64,000 nucleotides of DNA, from the NCBI GenBank assembly GCA_947086895.1, contig CAMUAR010000002.1, positions 45,253-109,252 on the forward strand. The letters are read 5' to 3'. Source of the stretch: an uncultured Lachnospiraceae bacterium (GTDB taxonomy: Bacteria; Bacillota; Clostridia; Lachnospirales; Lachnospiraceae). Position numbers and translations under genes: made by a program. This document shows, piece by piece, positions 29,408 through 38,205 of this stretch. The number at the start of each line of letters is the position of its first letter. Within the stretch, counting starts at the first letter, position 1. The notes under the pieces were generated by a model. It saw nothing but the letters and a program-made list of their open reading frames with translations. It made no database searches and was not told the origin of the DNA.

Positions 29408-32104
29408 TTAGCATATTTTCCAAAATTCCAAATAAATTCGACGCAGTAAATGATACTGTGCGTATAATCTTTGTTTCATTCTCTGATAATATGTGACCAG
29501 CAATATAAGATCTTCCTCCAAAACAGCATCTTGTCCGAACGCTGCGCGCAGTGCGACTTCCTGACACTGTCCAAAATTTTTATCTGCAATTGCACTGTCT
29601 TTTGCAACTCTATCCGCAAACGTCTCATAATCCTCGGATCTATCTTTTATAAATTGTTTTGAACTGCCTTTTTCATGCAAAAGCAGCCGCTCCATCCGGC
29701 GGTAAAGTTCCACTGCCTGACCGCGCCGCGTACTCTTTCTTTTGCGGAAATACCAGACAACCCTATACCGCGCGAAAGCAAAAAAGAGAAACAAAAAAAA
29801 CATTACCCCGAAAGAAAATACAATACGGGCAGTTTTTGACAAATCGCGCCACCATCCACGAAAACCATCGCCTTTTATTTTCAGAGTCGTTCCGGTTAAT
29901 TCCGACGTCTTTACCGGAGTCGCCTCGGTCGGCTTTGGATCCAAATCTGGAAACTGCACAATCTCGGTCGGAGTTGGAACTTCCGGTTCCGGCACACTTG
30001 TCGAAGTTGGAAACGGCGTTGGTACTTGTTGTTCTTCTTCCACCCGCTCCACTTCCTCCATAATTTCATCTGGAAGCTGCGAAACGCCATCTTTGGTAAA
30101 ACCGACGGTCATCTCAACCGGCGCCCATCCGATTTTATCAAAATAGACCTCAACCCATGCATGAGCATTGTAATCTTTTATTTCGATTTTTTTTCTTGTA
30201 ACGGTATCGTTGTACCATCCTGCGGACGTATCCCACGTCGAAAAATCATCATCAAAAACTTCTGCTGTGCGGAAAAACAGGTTGGTTACTCCTGCTTTTT
30301 GCGCATTTTTTATATCACCCTCCGTAATCAGATAGCCCTCCGCATAGCGCGCTGGCACACCAAGACTGCGCAGCAAAAGAACTGCCGCGGAAGCAAAATG
30401 CACGCAGTAGCCTTTTTTGTTCTCAAACAAAAAATAATCGACGAAATCGGCTTTCTCCGGCATTGCTCCCGGTGCAAGCGAGTATTCATACCCTGATAAA
30501 TACTCCTGTACCGCCTCAATTTTCTCCCATGCCGTGGCGTCTTCATCCGCCGAAAGTCCAAGCAGCTCTGCCTTATTCGAACCATTTGGAAGAACCGTAT
30601 AAACTCTGTATACAAACTCCCGGTATTTATTCTCAAATTCTGTATATGTCTTATTTTCAAACAGCTTATCCATATTTTCAGCAAGAATTTCCGTCTGTTC
30701 TTTATTTAGATTATCCCACATACAAAATTCGAAAGTATAATTCTTCTGCGATCTCTTCGGCACAATATAAGAATCTCCGATGTAGTTGATCTCATTTTTG
30801 TTTTTAAACTGGCTTGTTTGATAGCTGTATGGTCCATAAATATAGCGCGTGCTTGCCTTGTTATAATGAACTTCCATTGTCCCCCGACACACCGTAAGAG
30901 AACCAAGCTTTAAAAGAGAAGAAAAAATTCCTTTCTCCTCCTCAAACAGCTGATTCATTACATGATAAATCTGCTCATGCGCCAAATGTCCAAATTGTGA
31001 ATACAATAATTCCTTATACGTATTTTCATCCTGCGAATCAAGATTTTCCCAGCCGGATGCGGTATACACGGCGCCGTTGTAACCTTTTAAGTAAACAGGA
31101 GCTTTTACCTCCGGCATTGTCACAGTCAGCGCGGTCTCATTTTCAAATGTAATCCGGTCGGCGCGGCTGAAATGACCGCTGTTCAGTCCTCCAATAAAAT
31201 CTGCTTTTTTGGAAGCAGTATTGTCTTTTTCTTTTTTCCCAAGCGACTCTACAAAATCTGTAAGATTACTCCACACAGGGCTGTTCGCAACTTCCTTTAT
31301 TGTCTGCGCCAGTTTTGCCTTTCTTTCTGGTTTACGAATGTTGTTTAAATAAAATTCTGTATTTATTATAAATGATACCACCAAGCACAATACTGTAAAC
31401 AAAGCAGCTGCCATAACGGTGTTTCTCGCTCTGCCTGCAAGATATTCTTTTGCTCCCTCCCGGTCATAAAAACCAGAATGCTGGATTGCAAGCACTGCCA
31501 TCATACATGCAATTTGCCCAAGAAACACATAATCCTGTGGCACCACGCCCACAAAAAGCCCGCAAAAAGCAGCACTTCCCATAATAAGCAGCGTGACCAG
31601 CCGCAGTCTGCCCGCAAATAATGTTTCCGCATACACAGCAAGGAGCAGCTGAACAATAACAGCAAAAAACAATGTAACAGTCTCTGCCTGCTCATACTCC
31701 GTGATATAATAGCGAACCGACATATCATAATAACGATTTATCAATGTAATCGCAGCATTTTCAATATAGATAAATCCATAACCGACCTGCTCGAGCCTTC
31801 TCCACAAAAATATACACAGCCATCCCAGATAAACCGGCAGCAAAGCAAGTTTTCCTACATTTGAAAGAAGATGAAGCGCCGACCATACTACAGCGCCAAT
31901 CAAAGAAGCAAGAAATAAATTCCATCCCTTTATTTCTACGTCAAGAATTGTCACAAGACACTGCACAGTCAAAAGAGAAGAGAAAATCAGCAGTACGACA
32001 AGCGGCAATACAAAAAAGCGAGATTGTCTTTTTGCCTGATCTTCATATTCAAAACCTTCCTGCTCTATAGAAATGCCATCCCGCTGTCCTATTCTTTTTC
32101 CCAT
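29408..32104 (-). CDS. Transglutaminase-domain membrane protein (YebA-like)
   Basis: N-terminal polytopic region. Transglutaminase core GYCVHFASAAVLLLRSLGVPARYAEGY ... HAWVEVY. P/T-rich linker and a C-terminal TM. Confidence 0.85.
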   Translation of the reverse strand: MGKRIGQRDGISIEQEGFEYEDQAKRQSRFFVLPLVVLLIFSSLLTVQCLVTILDVEIKGWNLFLASLIGAVVWSALHLLSNVGKLALLPVYLGWLCIFLWRRLEQVGYGFIYIENAAITLINRYYDMSVRYYITEYEQAETVTLFFAVIVQLLLAVYAETLFAGRLRLVTLLIMGSAAFCGLFVGVVPQDYVFLGQIACMMAVLAIQHSGFYDREGAKEYLAGRARNTVMAAALFTVLCLVVSFIINTEFYLNNIRKPERKAKLAQTIKEVANSPVWSNLTDFVESLGKKEKDNTASKKADFIGGLNSGHFSRADRITFENETALTVTMPEVKAPVYLKGYNGAVYTASGWENLDSQDENTYKELLYSQFGHLAHEQIYHVMNQLFEEEKGIFSSLLKLGSLTVCRGTMEVHYNKASTRYIYGPYSYQTSQFKNKNEINYIGDSYIVPKRSQKNYTFEFCMWDNLNKEQTEILAENMDKLFENKTYTEFENKYREFVYRVYTVLPNGSNKAELLGLSADEDATAWEKIEAVQEYLSGYEYSLAPGAMPEKADFVDYFLFENKKGYCVHFASAAVLLLRSLGVPARYAEGYLITEGDIKNAQKAGVTNLFFRTAEVFDDDFSTWDTSAGWYNDTVTRKKIEIKDYNAHAWVEVYFDKIGWAPVEMTVGFTKDGVSQLPDEIMEEVERVEEEQQVPTPFPTSTSVPEPEVPTPTEIVQFPDLDPKPTEATPVKTSELTGTTLKIKGDGFRGWWRDLSKTARIVFSFGVMFFLFLFFAFARYRVVWYFRKRKSTRRGQAVELYRRMERLLLHEKGSSKQFIKDRSEDYETFADRVAKDSAIADKNFGQCQEVALRAAFGQDAVLEEDLILLVTYYQRMKQRLYAQYHLLRRIYLEFWKIC

Positions 32105-33357
32105 GCCGTACCTCCCTCTGGATACCCCATCATAGCAAGGCCTTGGTCAAGCTCTCCTAAAGTCAAATCGTTTTTAAAAACCCCTTCCACAGGCAGACCA
32201 AGCTCCTCCTCCGACGGATGCCCGCACAAAAAAACCAGCCTTAACCATGCAGATTTCCGGCATTCTATCAAATAGCGCGAAACTTCTTCGGGATGTTTTT
32301 TGGCAGTTATATAAAAAATATTTGTATACTGTTCCCTCCAAAATTCTGAAAAATACAGATAGGCAGTTTCTGCTTCGGGCTTTTTGTGACTCTTCTTTTT
32401 CCATGCTCCGCCGCTTTTTAACAAACAACCCGCCATCTCATAAAATTCTTCGATATCAGAAACACGATATCTCACATTTGCACCTGTAACAGCGTCGCGC
32501 CATGCAAACAAGTGCGTCTGCTGCTCCTGCACCATCCGAAAAGAAAGCGAAAGCGCTGTCTCCCTGACAGCGTCCTGAAACTCCAGACTTTTTGATTGGC
32601 TATCAACCGAAAAATCTGCCAAAATCAATACAGAACAATCAATCGGCAAGCCAAATTCCTTCACCATAAACCGATCCATCTTCGCGCTTAATTTCCAATG
32701 GATGCGATTCAGCCGATCTCCCAGCATATATTCCCGAATATCAAACAATTCTGCCGGGTCATCTCCCGCTTTTGCGCCAGAGTACAATTCACTTTCAACC
32801 AGAACATAAGGATTTGGCCGCACAAGGGATTGTTCCATTTCATGCAGCTGCGGCAAAACAATCAATTCTTCGGATCTCGTGTTCTCAACCCGGCGAAAAA
32901 AACTTTGTCTTATCTTTTTTACAGAAAAAACACCAAAAATATCCTGGATTTTTGCACTGCGAATACGAAATTCCAGACAAGCGCTGTAATCCGAACCCAT
33001 AGTAAACATATATTTTCGCGTTCCCTGACAAAGCGGAAATTCAATCTTTTTCTTTTTGTAACCCGGCATACACATATTTCGATATAACAAAACCACCTTC
33101 AGCCTTCCGACAGGCAGATGGTTTAAATTCTTCACAGCAATGCCGACGTCAAACAGCTCTTTCTTTTCCACAATGCGCTCTGGCAAAATAAATTCTATGT
33201 GTACCTTTCTTGTCTGTATTTTCAACAGACACCACAGCGGCAGCGGCAGAAATAAAAATGTGTAAAATATAATTGCTGTAACTCGAAAGCTGTACATGGT
33301 CATCATGATCCAGAGCAAAAAAAGTATCAGAAGATACGCCAGCTTTTTTACAAACAT
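32089..33357 (-). CDS. DUF58 domain-containing protein (YeaD-like)
   Basis: Two N-terminal TMs. DUF58 signature region ...FDIREYMLGDRLNRIHWKLSAK... Sits between the MoxR and transglutaminase genes. Confidence 0.8.
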   Translation of the reverse strand: MFVKKLAYLLILFLLWIMMTMYSFRVTAIIFYTFLFLPLPLWCLLKIQTRKVHIEFILPERIVEKKELFDVGIAVKNLNHLPVGRLKVVLLYRNMCMPGYKKKKIEFPLCQGTRKYMFTMGSDYSACLEFRIRSAKIQDIFGVFSVKKIRQSFFRRVENTRSEELIVLPQLHEMEQSLVRPNPYVLVESELYSGAKAGDDPAELFDIREYMLGDRLNRIHWKLSAKMDRFMVKEFGLPIDCSVLILADFSVDSQSKSLEFQDAVRETALSLSFRMVQEQQTHLFAWRDAVTGANVRYRVSDIEEFYEMAGCLLKSGGAWKKKSHKKPEAETAYLYFSEFWREQYTNIFYITAKKHPEEVSRYLIECRKSAWLRLVFLCGHPSEEELGLPVEGVFKNDLTLGELDQGLAMMGYPEGGTAWEKE

Positions 33358-33373
33358 GGGCTTCCTCGCTTTC

Positions 33374-34354
33374 TCAACTCCGAAATACCAACCGCGGCGC
33401 CGTCACAGAAGACAGCACTTGCGCTGCCAACTCTTGTATTGTAATGCGGTTTACTCTCGCCTTCGGGCTTAGCACCATCCGGTGAGCTGCCACAGTTTCA
33501 AAAACCGAACTTACATCATCCGGGATCACATAGCCTCTGTTTTTCCAGTATGCAACTGCTTTCGCCATCTTTGAGAGCGCGATTGTCCCGCGCGGGCTGA
33601 CCCCAAGCAAAATCATTTGGTTTTCTCTTGTTTTCTGTATAAGATGTGCGATATATTCATACACTGCATCATGAATGAACACTCTCTCCACCTCCTGCTG
33701 CAAAGCGACCAGCTCGCGTCTTGTTATCACTTGCTGTACCTGCGCAAGCGGATTTCCCTCATCTCTTCCCTTTAACATCTCAATTTCACTTGAAATATCC
33801 GGGTATCCCATCGAGAGCCGCACCATAAAACGATCCATCTGAGATTCCGGCAGCAGCTGCGTGCCAACCGAGCCAACGGGATTCTGCGTTGCAATCACAA
33901 TAAATGGCTTGGGCAGTTCTCTTGTCACACCATCCACAGTAACCCTGCCTTCCTCCATAACTTCCAAAAGTGCCGACTGAGTTTTTGAGGAAGTTCTATT
34001 GATCTCATCTGCCAGAAATAAATTACATAATACACTTCCCGGATGATATTGACTTTCGCCCTCTCTTGTATAGATATGAAAACCAACGACATCCCCAGGC
34101 AGTACATCGGGCGTAAACTGCATTCTGCGGTAGTCCAATTGCAAAGCTTTCGACAGAGCTAAAGCCAATGTCGTTTTTCCGACTCCTGGAATATCCTCAA
34201 TTAAAATATGTCCCTTCGCAAGAATCGCCATAATCACCTGCTCAATCACTTTATCTTTTCCGACGATTACTTTTTTTATCTCCTGCTTGATTTGCTCAAG
34301 CCTTACATTCTGTCCTTCCATATCCCATCCAGCTCGCTTTCTGCCACTTTGCAT
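33374..34354 (-). CDS. MoxR family AAA+ ATPase (YeaC-like)
   Basis: Walker A DIPGVGKTTLA and Walker B LADEINR. Length is typical of MoxR. An alternative start is ATG 34321. Confidence 0.9.
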   Translation of the reverse strand: MQSGRKRAGWDMEGQNVRLEQIKQEIKKVIVGKDKVIEQVIMAILAKGHILIEDIPGVGKTTLALALSKALQLDYRRMQFTPDVLPGDVVGFHIYTREGESQYHPGSVLCNLFLADEINRTSSKTQSALLEVMEEGRVTVDGVTRELPKPFIVIATQNPVGSVGTQLLPESQMDRFMVRLSMGYPDISSEIEMLKGRDEGNPLAQVQQVITRRELVALQQEVERVFIHDAVYEYIAHLIQKTRENQMILLGVSPRGTIALSKMAKAVAYWKNRGYVIPDDVSSVFETVAAHRMVLSPKARVNRITIQELAAQVLSSVTAPRLVFRS

Positions 34355-34380
34355 TTTCTTTTTTCACAATTATTAAAATA

Positions 34381-36045
34381 CTATGACATAAATTTTTCTG
34401 TTTTTTGCACGACATACTTAAGGTCAAAACGAATTCCAGCTGCTGTCTTGTCCGGCAGCAAACTGCTTTGCCGCTCCAAAATCTCCTCGATCTTTTCTTT
34501 CTGCCGCGCTGAAATCCTCCCATAAACATACCTGTTGTTTATCCCCGAAAGAATAGAAATCTGTTCTGTTTCGGAAAATTCTTTTCTTCCATATAATAAA
34601 AGTAAGTATGGAAGTCTTTCCCATGATGGTTCGCACAACAATAAATTTAATAAATACTCTTTATAGACCGTTTCGCAATATTCCAAAAGTGTTTTATAAA
34701 GATAAAACGCCCCGTAATGAATATGATATTTGCGGATACATTGATATGCAAAACGTGAAATTTCCAGGCGTCTGTCAAACAAAAACTTCCAGTAAACAGT
34801 TTCTCCTGATTCCATCGCAAGCTTTGCATAGGAAAAAAGCGCCGTTTTGCAAAGTTTGGCGTTCTTTGATTCTAAAAACGGCACAATATCCTTCAGATCT
34901 GTTTTGCTGCCCTGCTCTGCTATGCCGATCAGAGCAATCTCCAACACTTCCTTTTTTAATTGTTCTTTGTAAAAATTTAAAAGATCCATCTCAGTATGTC
35001 TTTTTAAAATATAACCTGCATACTCGCGAATCCGTTTTGATTTATCAAGCAGCATAGCTAAAATCCCTGCCCATGCTTTGTGTTCTTTCTTATATCGATA
35101 CTGTAGTGCATAATACCGCACCGCCGTATTTTTGCATAAAAGATACCATTCTATTTTTTCTTCAGTATAGCCATAATAATCGAAAATTCCTGAAAGAAGT
35201 GTTACTTTTCCGTATCCTGTTTTTTCTCTGGAAAAAAGAAATTCCATATATTCTTGTTTTAATACTTTATTTTTACTTACAAAACGATAGATTGCATTTT
35301 TAATATTGACTTCACAGGTTGATATTTTACGAAGCTCCTGTTCTGAAATAACAACAAATTTTTCTGCAAATACCTTCCCTGACAGCTCCTCCAAACGTTC
35401 CAGCTGGCTAATGTCCCGCCTTCCCAAATTTCTGATCTCTTCAAGCGCCGGCAGAGCGAGAAAAAATTCTTGAATACCGCACTCTTTCATACGCTTGCAA
35501 GCACAGCGAAACGCGATTTCACGAATCTTAGCCACCCAGTCATTCATCCGCAGAATAAGAAAAAAAAGCGCGTTATCCTGCCCGTCCAAAGCCTCAATAC
35601 ACCGCTCGCGGTAATACCCGTTTCCCATCCATGTTCCAAACTTTAACATCGCGCCATACTGGACATCCGACAAACCAGAAAAATGGCTTCGGTCAACCAC
35701 AGCGCGCTCCCATCTCTCATCTTCACATTCTGTAAAATACCTGCCGTCAAAAAAATCTTTTCGAAACTCTTTCGACAGCCGAATCAATTTTTTTACAGAA
35801 ATAGAATCCATCCATCCGCGGTAAGCGTTTGCAACCATGGCCTGAACCCCGCTCTCTTCTGGATATAGGAATACTTTGTGCAGTACTTTTCCATAATCCA
35901 AATTTCCTTTTCGAAATTCCGGCAGCGCAGTATTGCAAATATACGCCAAAAATTCATTTTTATTTCTGAAATACCCCAAAATTTTTGTCCCCCTTATCTT
36001 ACTTTTGATTGTAAAACTCAAAAATTTCGAGATTTCGAATTTCAC
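34381..36045 (-). CDS. Hypothetical protein, all-alpha / helical-repeat-like (554 aa)
   Basis: Long ORF ending 26 bp upstream of moxR on the same strand. I recognised no catalytic motif. Composition suggests helical (HEAT/ARM-like) repeats. Confidence 0.6.
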   Translation of the reverse strand: MKFEISKFLSFTIKSKIRGTKILGYFRNKNEFLAYICNTALPEFRKGNLDYGKVLHKVFLYPEESGVQAMVANAYRGWMDSISVKKLIRLSKEFRKDFFDGRYFTECEDERWERAVVDRSHFSGLSDVQYGAMLKFGTWMGNGYYRERCIEALDGQDNALFFLILRMNDWVAKIREIAFRCACKRMKECGIQEFFLALPALEEIRNLGRRDISQLERLEELSGKVFAEKFVVISEQELRKISTCEVNIKNAIYRFVSKNKVLKQEYMEFLFSREKTGYGKVTLLSGIFDYYGYTEEKIEWYLLCKNTAVRYYALQYRYKKEHKAWAGILAMLLDKSKRIREYAGYILKRHTEMDLLNFYKEQLKKEVLEIALIGIAEQGSKTDLKDIVPFLESKNAKLCKTALFSYAKLAMESGETVYWKFLFDRRLEISRFAYQCIRKYHIHYGAFYLYKTLLEYCETVYKEYLLNLLLCEPSWERLPYLLLLYGRKEFSETEQISILSGINNRYVYGRISARQKEKIEEILERQSSLLPDKTAAGIRFDLKYVVQKTEKFMS

Positions 36046-36088
36046 ATTTTGTTATCTTTTATTCTTTTATCGCTTTTGATTTTTTTCA

Positions 36089-37138
36089 TTATATTTTAGC
36101 TTTTTCCATAAAACATTCTAAATTTTTATGTTCGGAAAGATACTTATTCAGCATAATAAGCTCATCTTCCCAAATACAGTACTGCGTATCTTTTGCTCTC
36201 ACCTTGGATAAACATTCCGGCAAATCCTGCCAGAGCACAGATTCCACTTCGGAAACTTGAAGTTTTAATGCAGAAACATCCACTGGATTCGCATAGAGAT
36301 AAACCATTGCCAACTCGTTGTTTCGAAACGGTTTTCCGTAAAATTCGCTTTCAAACCACCCGCGATGCAGCCCGATTTCCAACAGTTCCTGCGGTTTTGC
36401 CAAAATTCCAAGTTCTTCAAATAATTCTCTTAAAGCAGACTCTCTGTATTCCTGCCCGGCCAGAACATGCCCGGCAGATGAAATATCATAACAGCCCGGA
36501 AACGCATCTTTCTCCACGCTTCGTTTCTGGAGCAAGACCTGCCAGACTTGCTGTTTCCTGCGCACAATCCACACATGCGCAGTGCGGTGCAGATCTCCCT
36601 CCAAATGTACCATACTGCGCTCTTTTACCATCCCTGTTGGATTGCCCTGCTTATCCAAAAGATCAAACAGTTCCATCGGCTTGCCATCCATAATTGCCTG
36701 CATTAAAACATCATCTTTGTATATAAATTTTAAAGAAAAAAATTCCTCTTTTGTGCGCAGCAAGTCAAAAAACAATCGATCGCCGCGCCAGATTGGAAGA
36801 TCATACACCTTTTCTTTCGGTATCCATGCCAGCTCTCCTTCATCGCATGGCAAAAGCTCCCCTGAAAATTTATCTGCCGTATATAAAAACATATATTCTG
36901 CATTGCATTCATCAAGCAGAAATGTAATAATTCCTCTTATTTTATATGAGGTCAAACACAGCCCACACTCCTCTTTTACCTCACGAAGCACACACTCATC
37001 CGGGCTTTCACCCACTTCCATATGCCCGCCAAGTCCAATCCATTTTCCTTTATTAATATCCTGTTCTTTTTTTATGCGATGCAGCATTAAATAACCGTTG
37101 TCTTTTTCAATATAACACAATGTTGTTAAATTTCCCAT
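36089..37138 (-). CDS. Tandem Nudix hydrolase (MutT-like N-domain plus a second Nudix domain)
   Basis: Box 1 is GGHMEVGESPDECVLREVKEECGL. Box 2 is AGHVLAGQEYRESALRELFEELGI. Start taken at ATG 37138 (AAGGTGG RBS). Confidence 0.8.
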   Translation of the reverse strand: MGNLTTLCYIEKDNGYLMLHRIKKEQDINKGKWIGLGGHMEVGESPDECVLREVKEECGLCLTSYKIRGIITFLLDECNAEYMFLYTADKFSGELLPCDEGELAWIPKEKVYDLPIWRGDRLFFDLLRTKEEFFSLKFIYKDDVLMQAIMDGKPMELFDLLDKQGNPTGMVKERSMVHLEGDLHRTAHVWIVRRKQQVWQVLLQKRSVEKDAFPGCYDISSAGHVLAGQEYRESALRELFEELGILAKPQELLEIGLHRGWFESEFYGKPFRNNELAMVYLYANPVDVSALKLQVSEVESVLWQDLPECLSKVRAKDTQYCIWEDELIMLNKYLSEHKNLECFMEKAKI

Positions 37139-37173
37139 GCGGTTTTCCACCTTGATATTTCATCTTGTTTTCT

Positions 37174-37854
37174 TTACTCTGTATGTTCTTTTTGATGCCT
37201 TCCGCACGATTTTTTTTCTGTACATTTTCCAATCACATCACACTTTGGCATAAAAAGATTGTCCACAATCCAAGCCCATTCTTCCGAATAGTGTCTTAAA
37301 ACATCACAGATATCGCCAAACAGCGCGCGATATTCCCAGTATGCCCGCGCGCACATTCTCTGACGGCTCATATCAACCAGATTGCGCAGATTCCGCTTGT
37401 CCACAATTTTTGTCGCCATGCCAAGAGGAAGAAGCATCGCGGAATCCTCGCGCGCAACACCGAGTTCCTCCAGCTTTTTCAGCGATTCCTGAATGTTTTT
37501 TATCGCCTTGGTATACTCCTCCAATGCCGCGGTATTGCCTTTCATACCATGCGGTATAATATAATCAAATCCATCCTGGTAATTGATGTACCGCGTACTC
37601 GACTGAAGCCTTGTCGGCGCGCCTCCAATATGCGTATACCATTCGCGGATCACTCTTGCACTGTAACCGTCCAACACCATCTCAACATTAACATACTCCA
37701 TTGTACGCCCATGATTTGCCACAATGCAATCCATCCCGCGCTTGCAGTTTTTTTCCTGATCTTGTATATCCCCGCCCCAGCAGACACCAGCCCTCATACC
37801 AATCAACGTAATCGGATTTTTTGTTGTTTCCGGCAAAACGATAACCTTTCCCAT
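37174..37854 (-). CDS. thyX: FAD-dependent thymidylate synthase
   Basis: ThyX-like sequence (...SARVIREWYTHIGGAPTRLQSSTRY...). Start taken at ATG 37854 (GGAGG RBS). Confidence 0.75.
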   Translation of the reverse strand: MGKVIVLPETTKNPITLIGMRAGVCWGGDIQDQEKNCKRGMDCIVANHGRTMEYVNVEMVLDGYSARVIREWYTHIGGAPTRLQSSTRYINYQDGFDYIIPHGMKGNTAALEEYTKAIKNIQESLKKLEELGVAREDSAMLLPLGMATKIVDKRNLRNLVDMSRQRMCARAYWEYRALFGDICDVLRHYSEEWAWIVDNLFMPKCDVIGKCTEKKSCGRHQKEHTE

Positions 37855-38120
37855 TCTGTCCTCCATCCTGCTGCCTTTTGTTATAATGCCTGCCAAAAAA
37901 GCAGCATGCTTATTATAAAAGGTTTTGATATATTATGTACTTTATACTCAAAATTAATAATTTAACTATACTACAAAAAAGTCAGAAATTCAAGGTTCGT
38001 TTTCCGCAAAAATCAAAGAGCAATATACAATGTGTTTTCTGCTGCTTGTCTTTGCTGACAATCCATCTCCTTGATATGTTTGTATCTTGGTACACGCTTT
38101 TTGTTTTTCGACAATGCACA

Positions 38121-38173
38121 TAAAAATACCTTCTAAACAGACTTTTGGCTTTTACCCCATCCGCTTAGAAGGT
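38121..38173 (-). terminator. Candidate terminator downstream of nrdD
   Basis: Stem ACCTTCTAA (38128..38136) pairs with TTAGAAGGT (38165..38173), followed by a T-run on the minus strand. The loop is large. Confidence 0.4.
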
Positions 38174-38205
38174 AACTGATCTATTTCTGTTGTCGTTTGA
38201 TAAAA

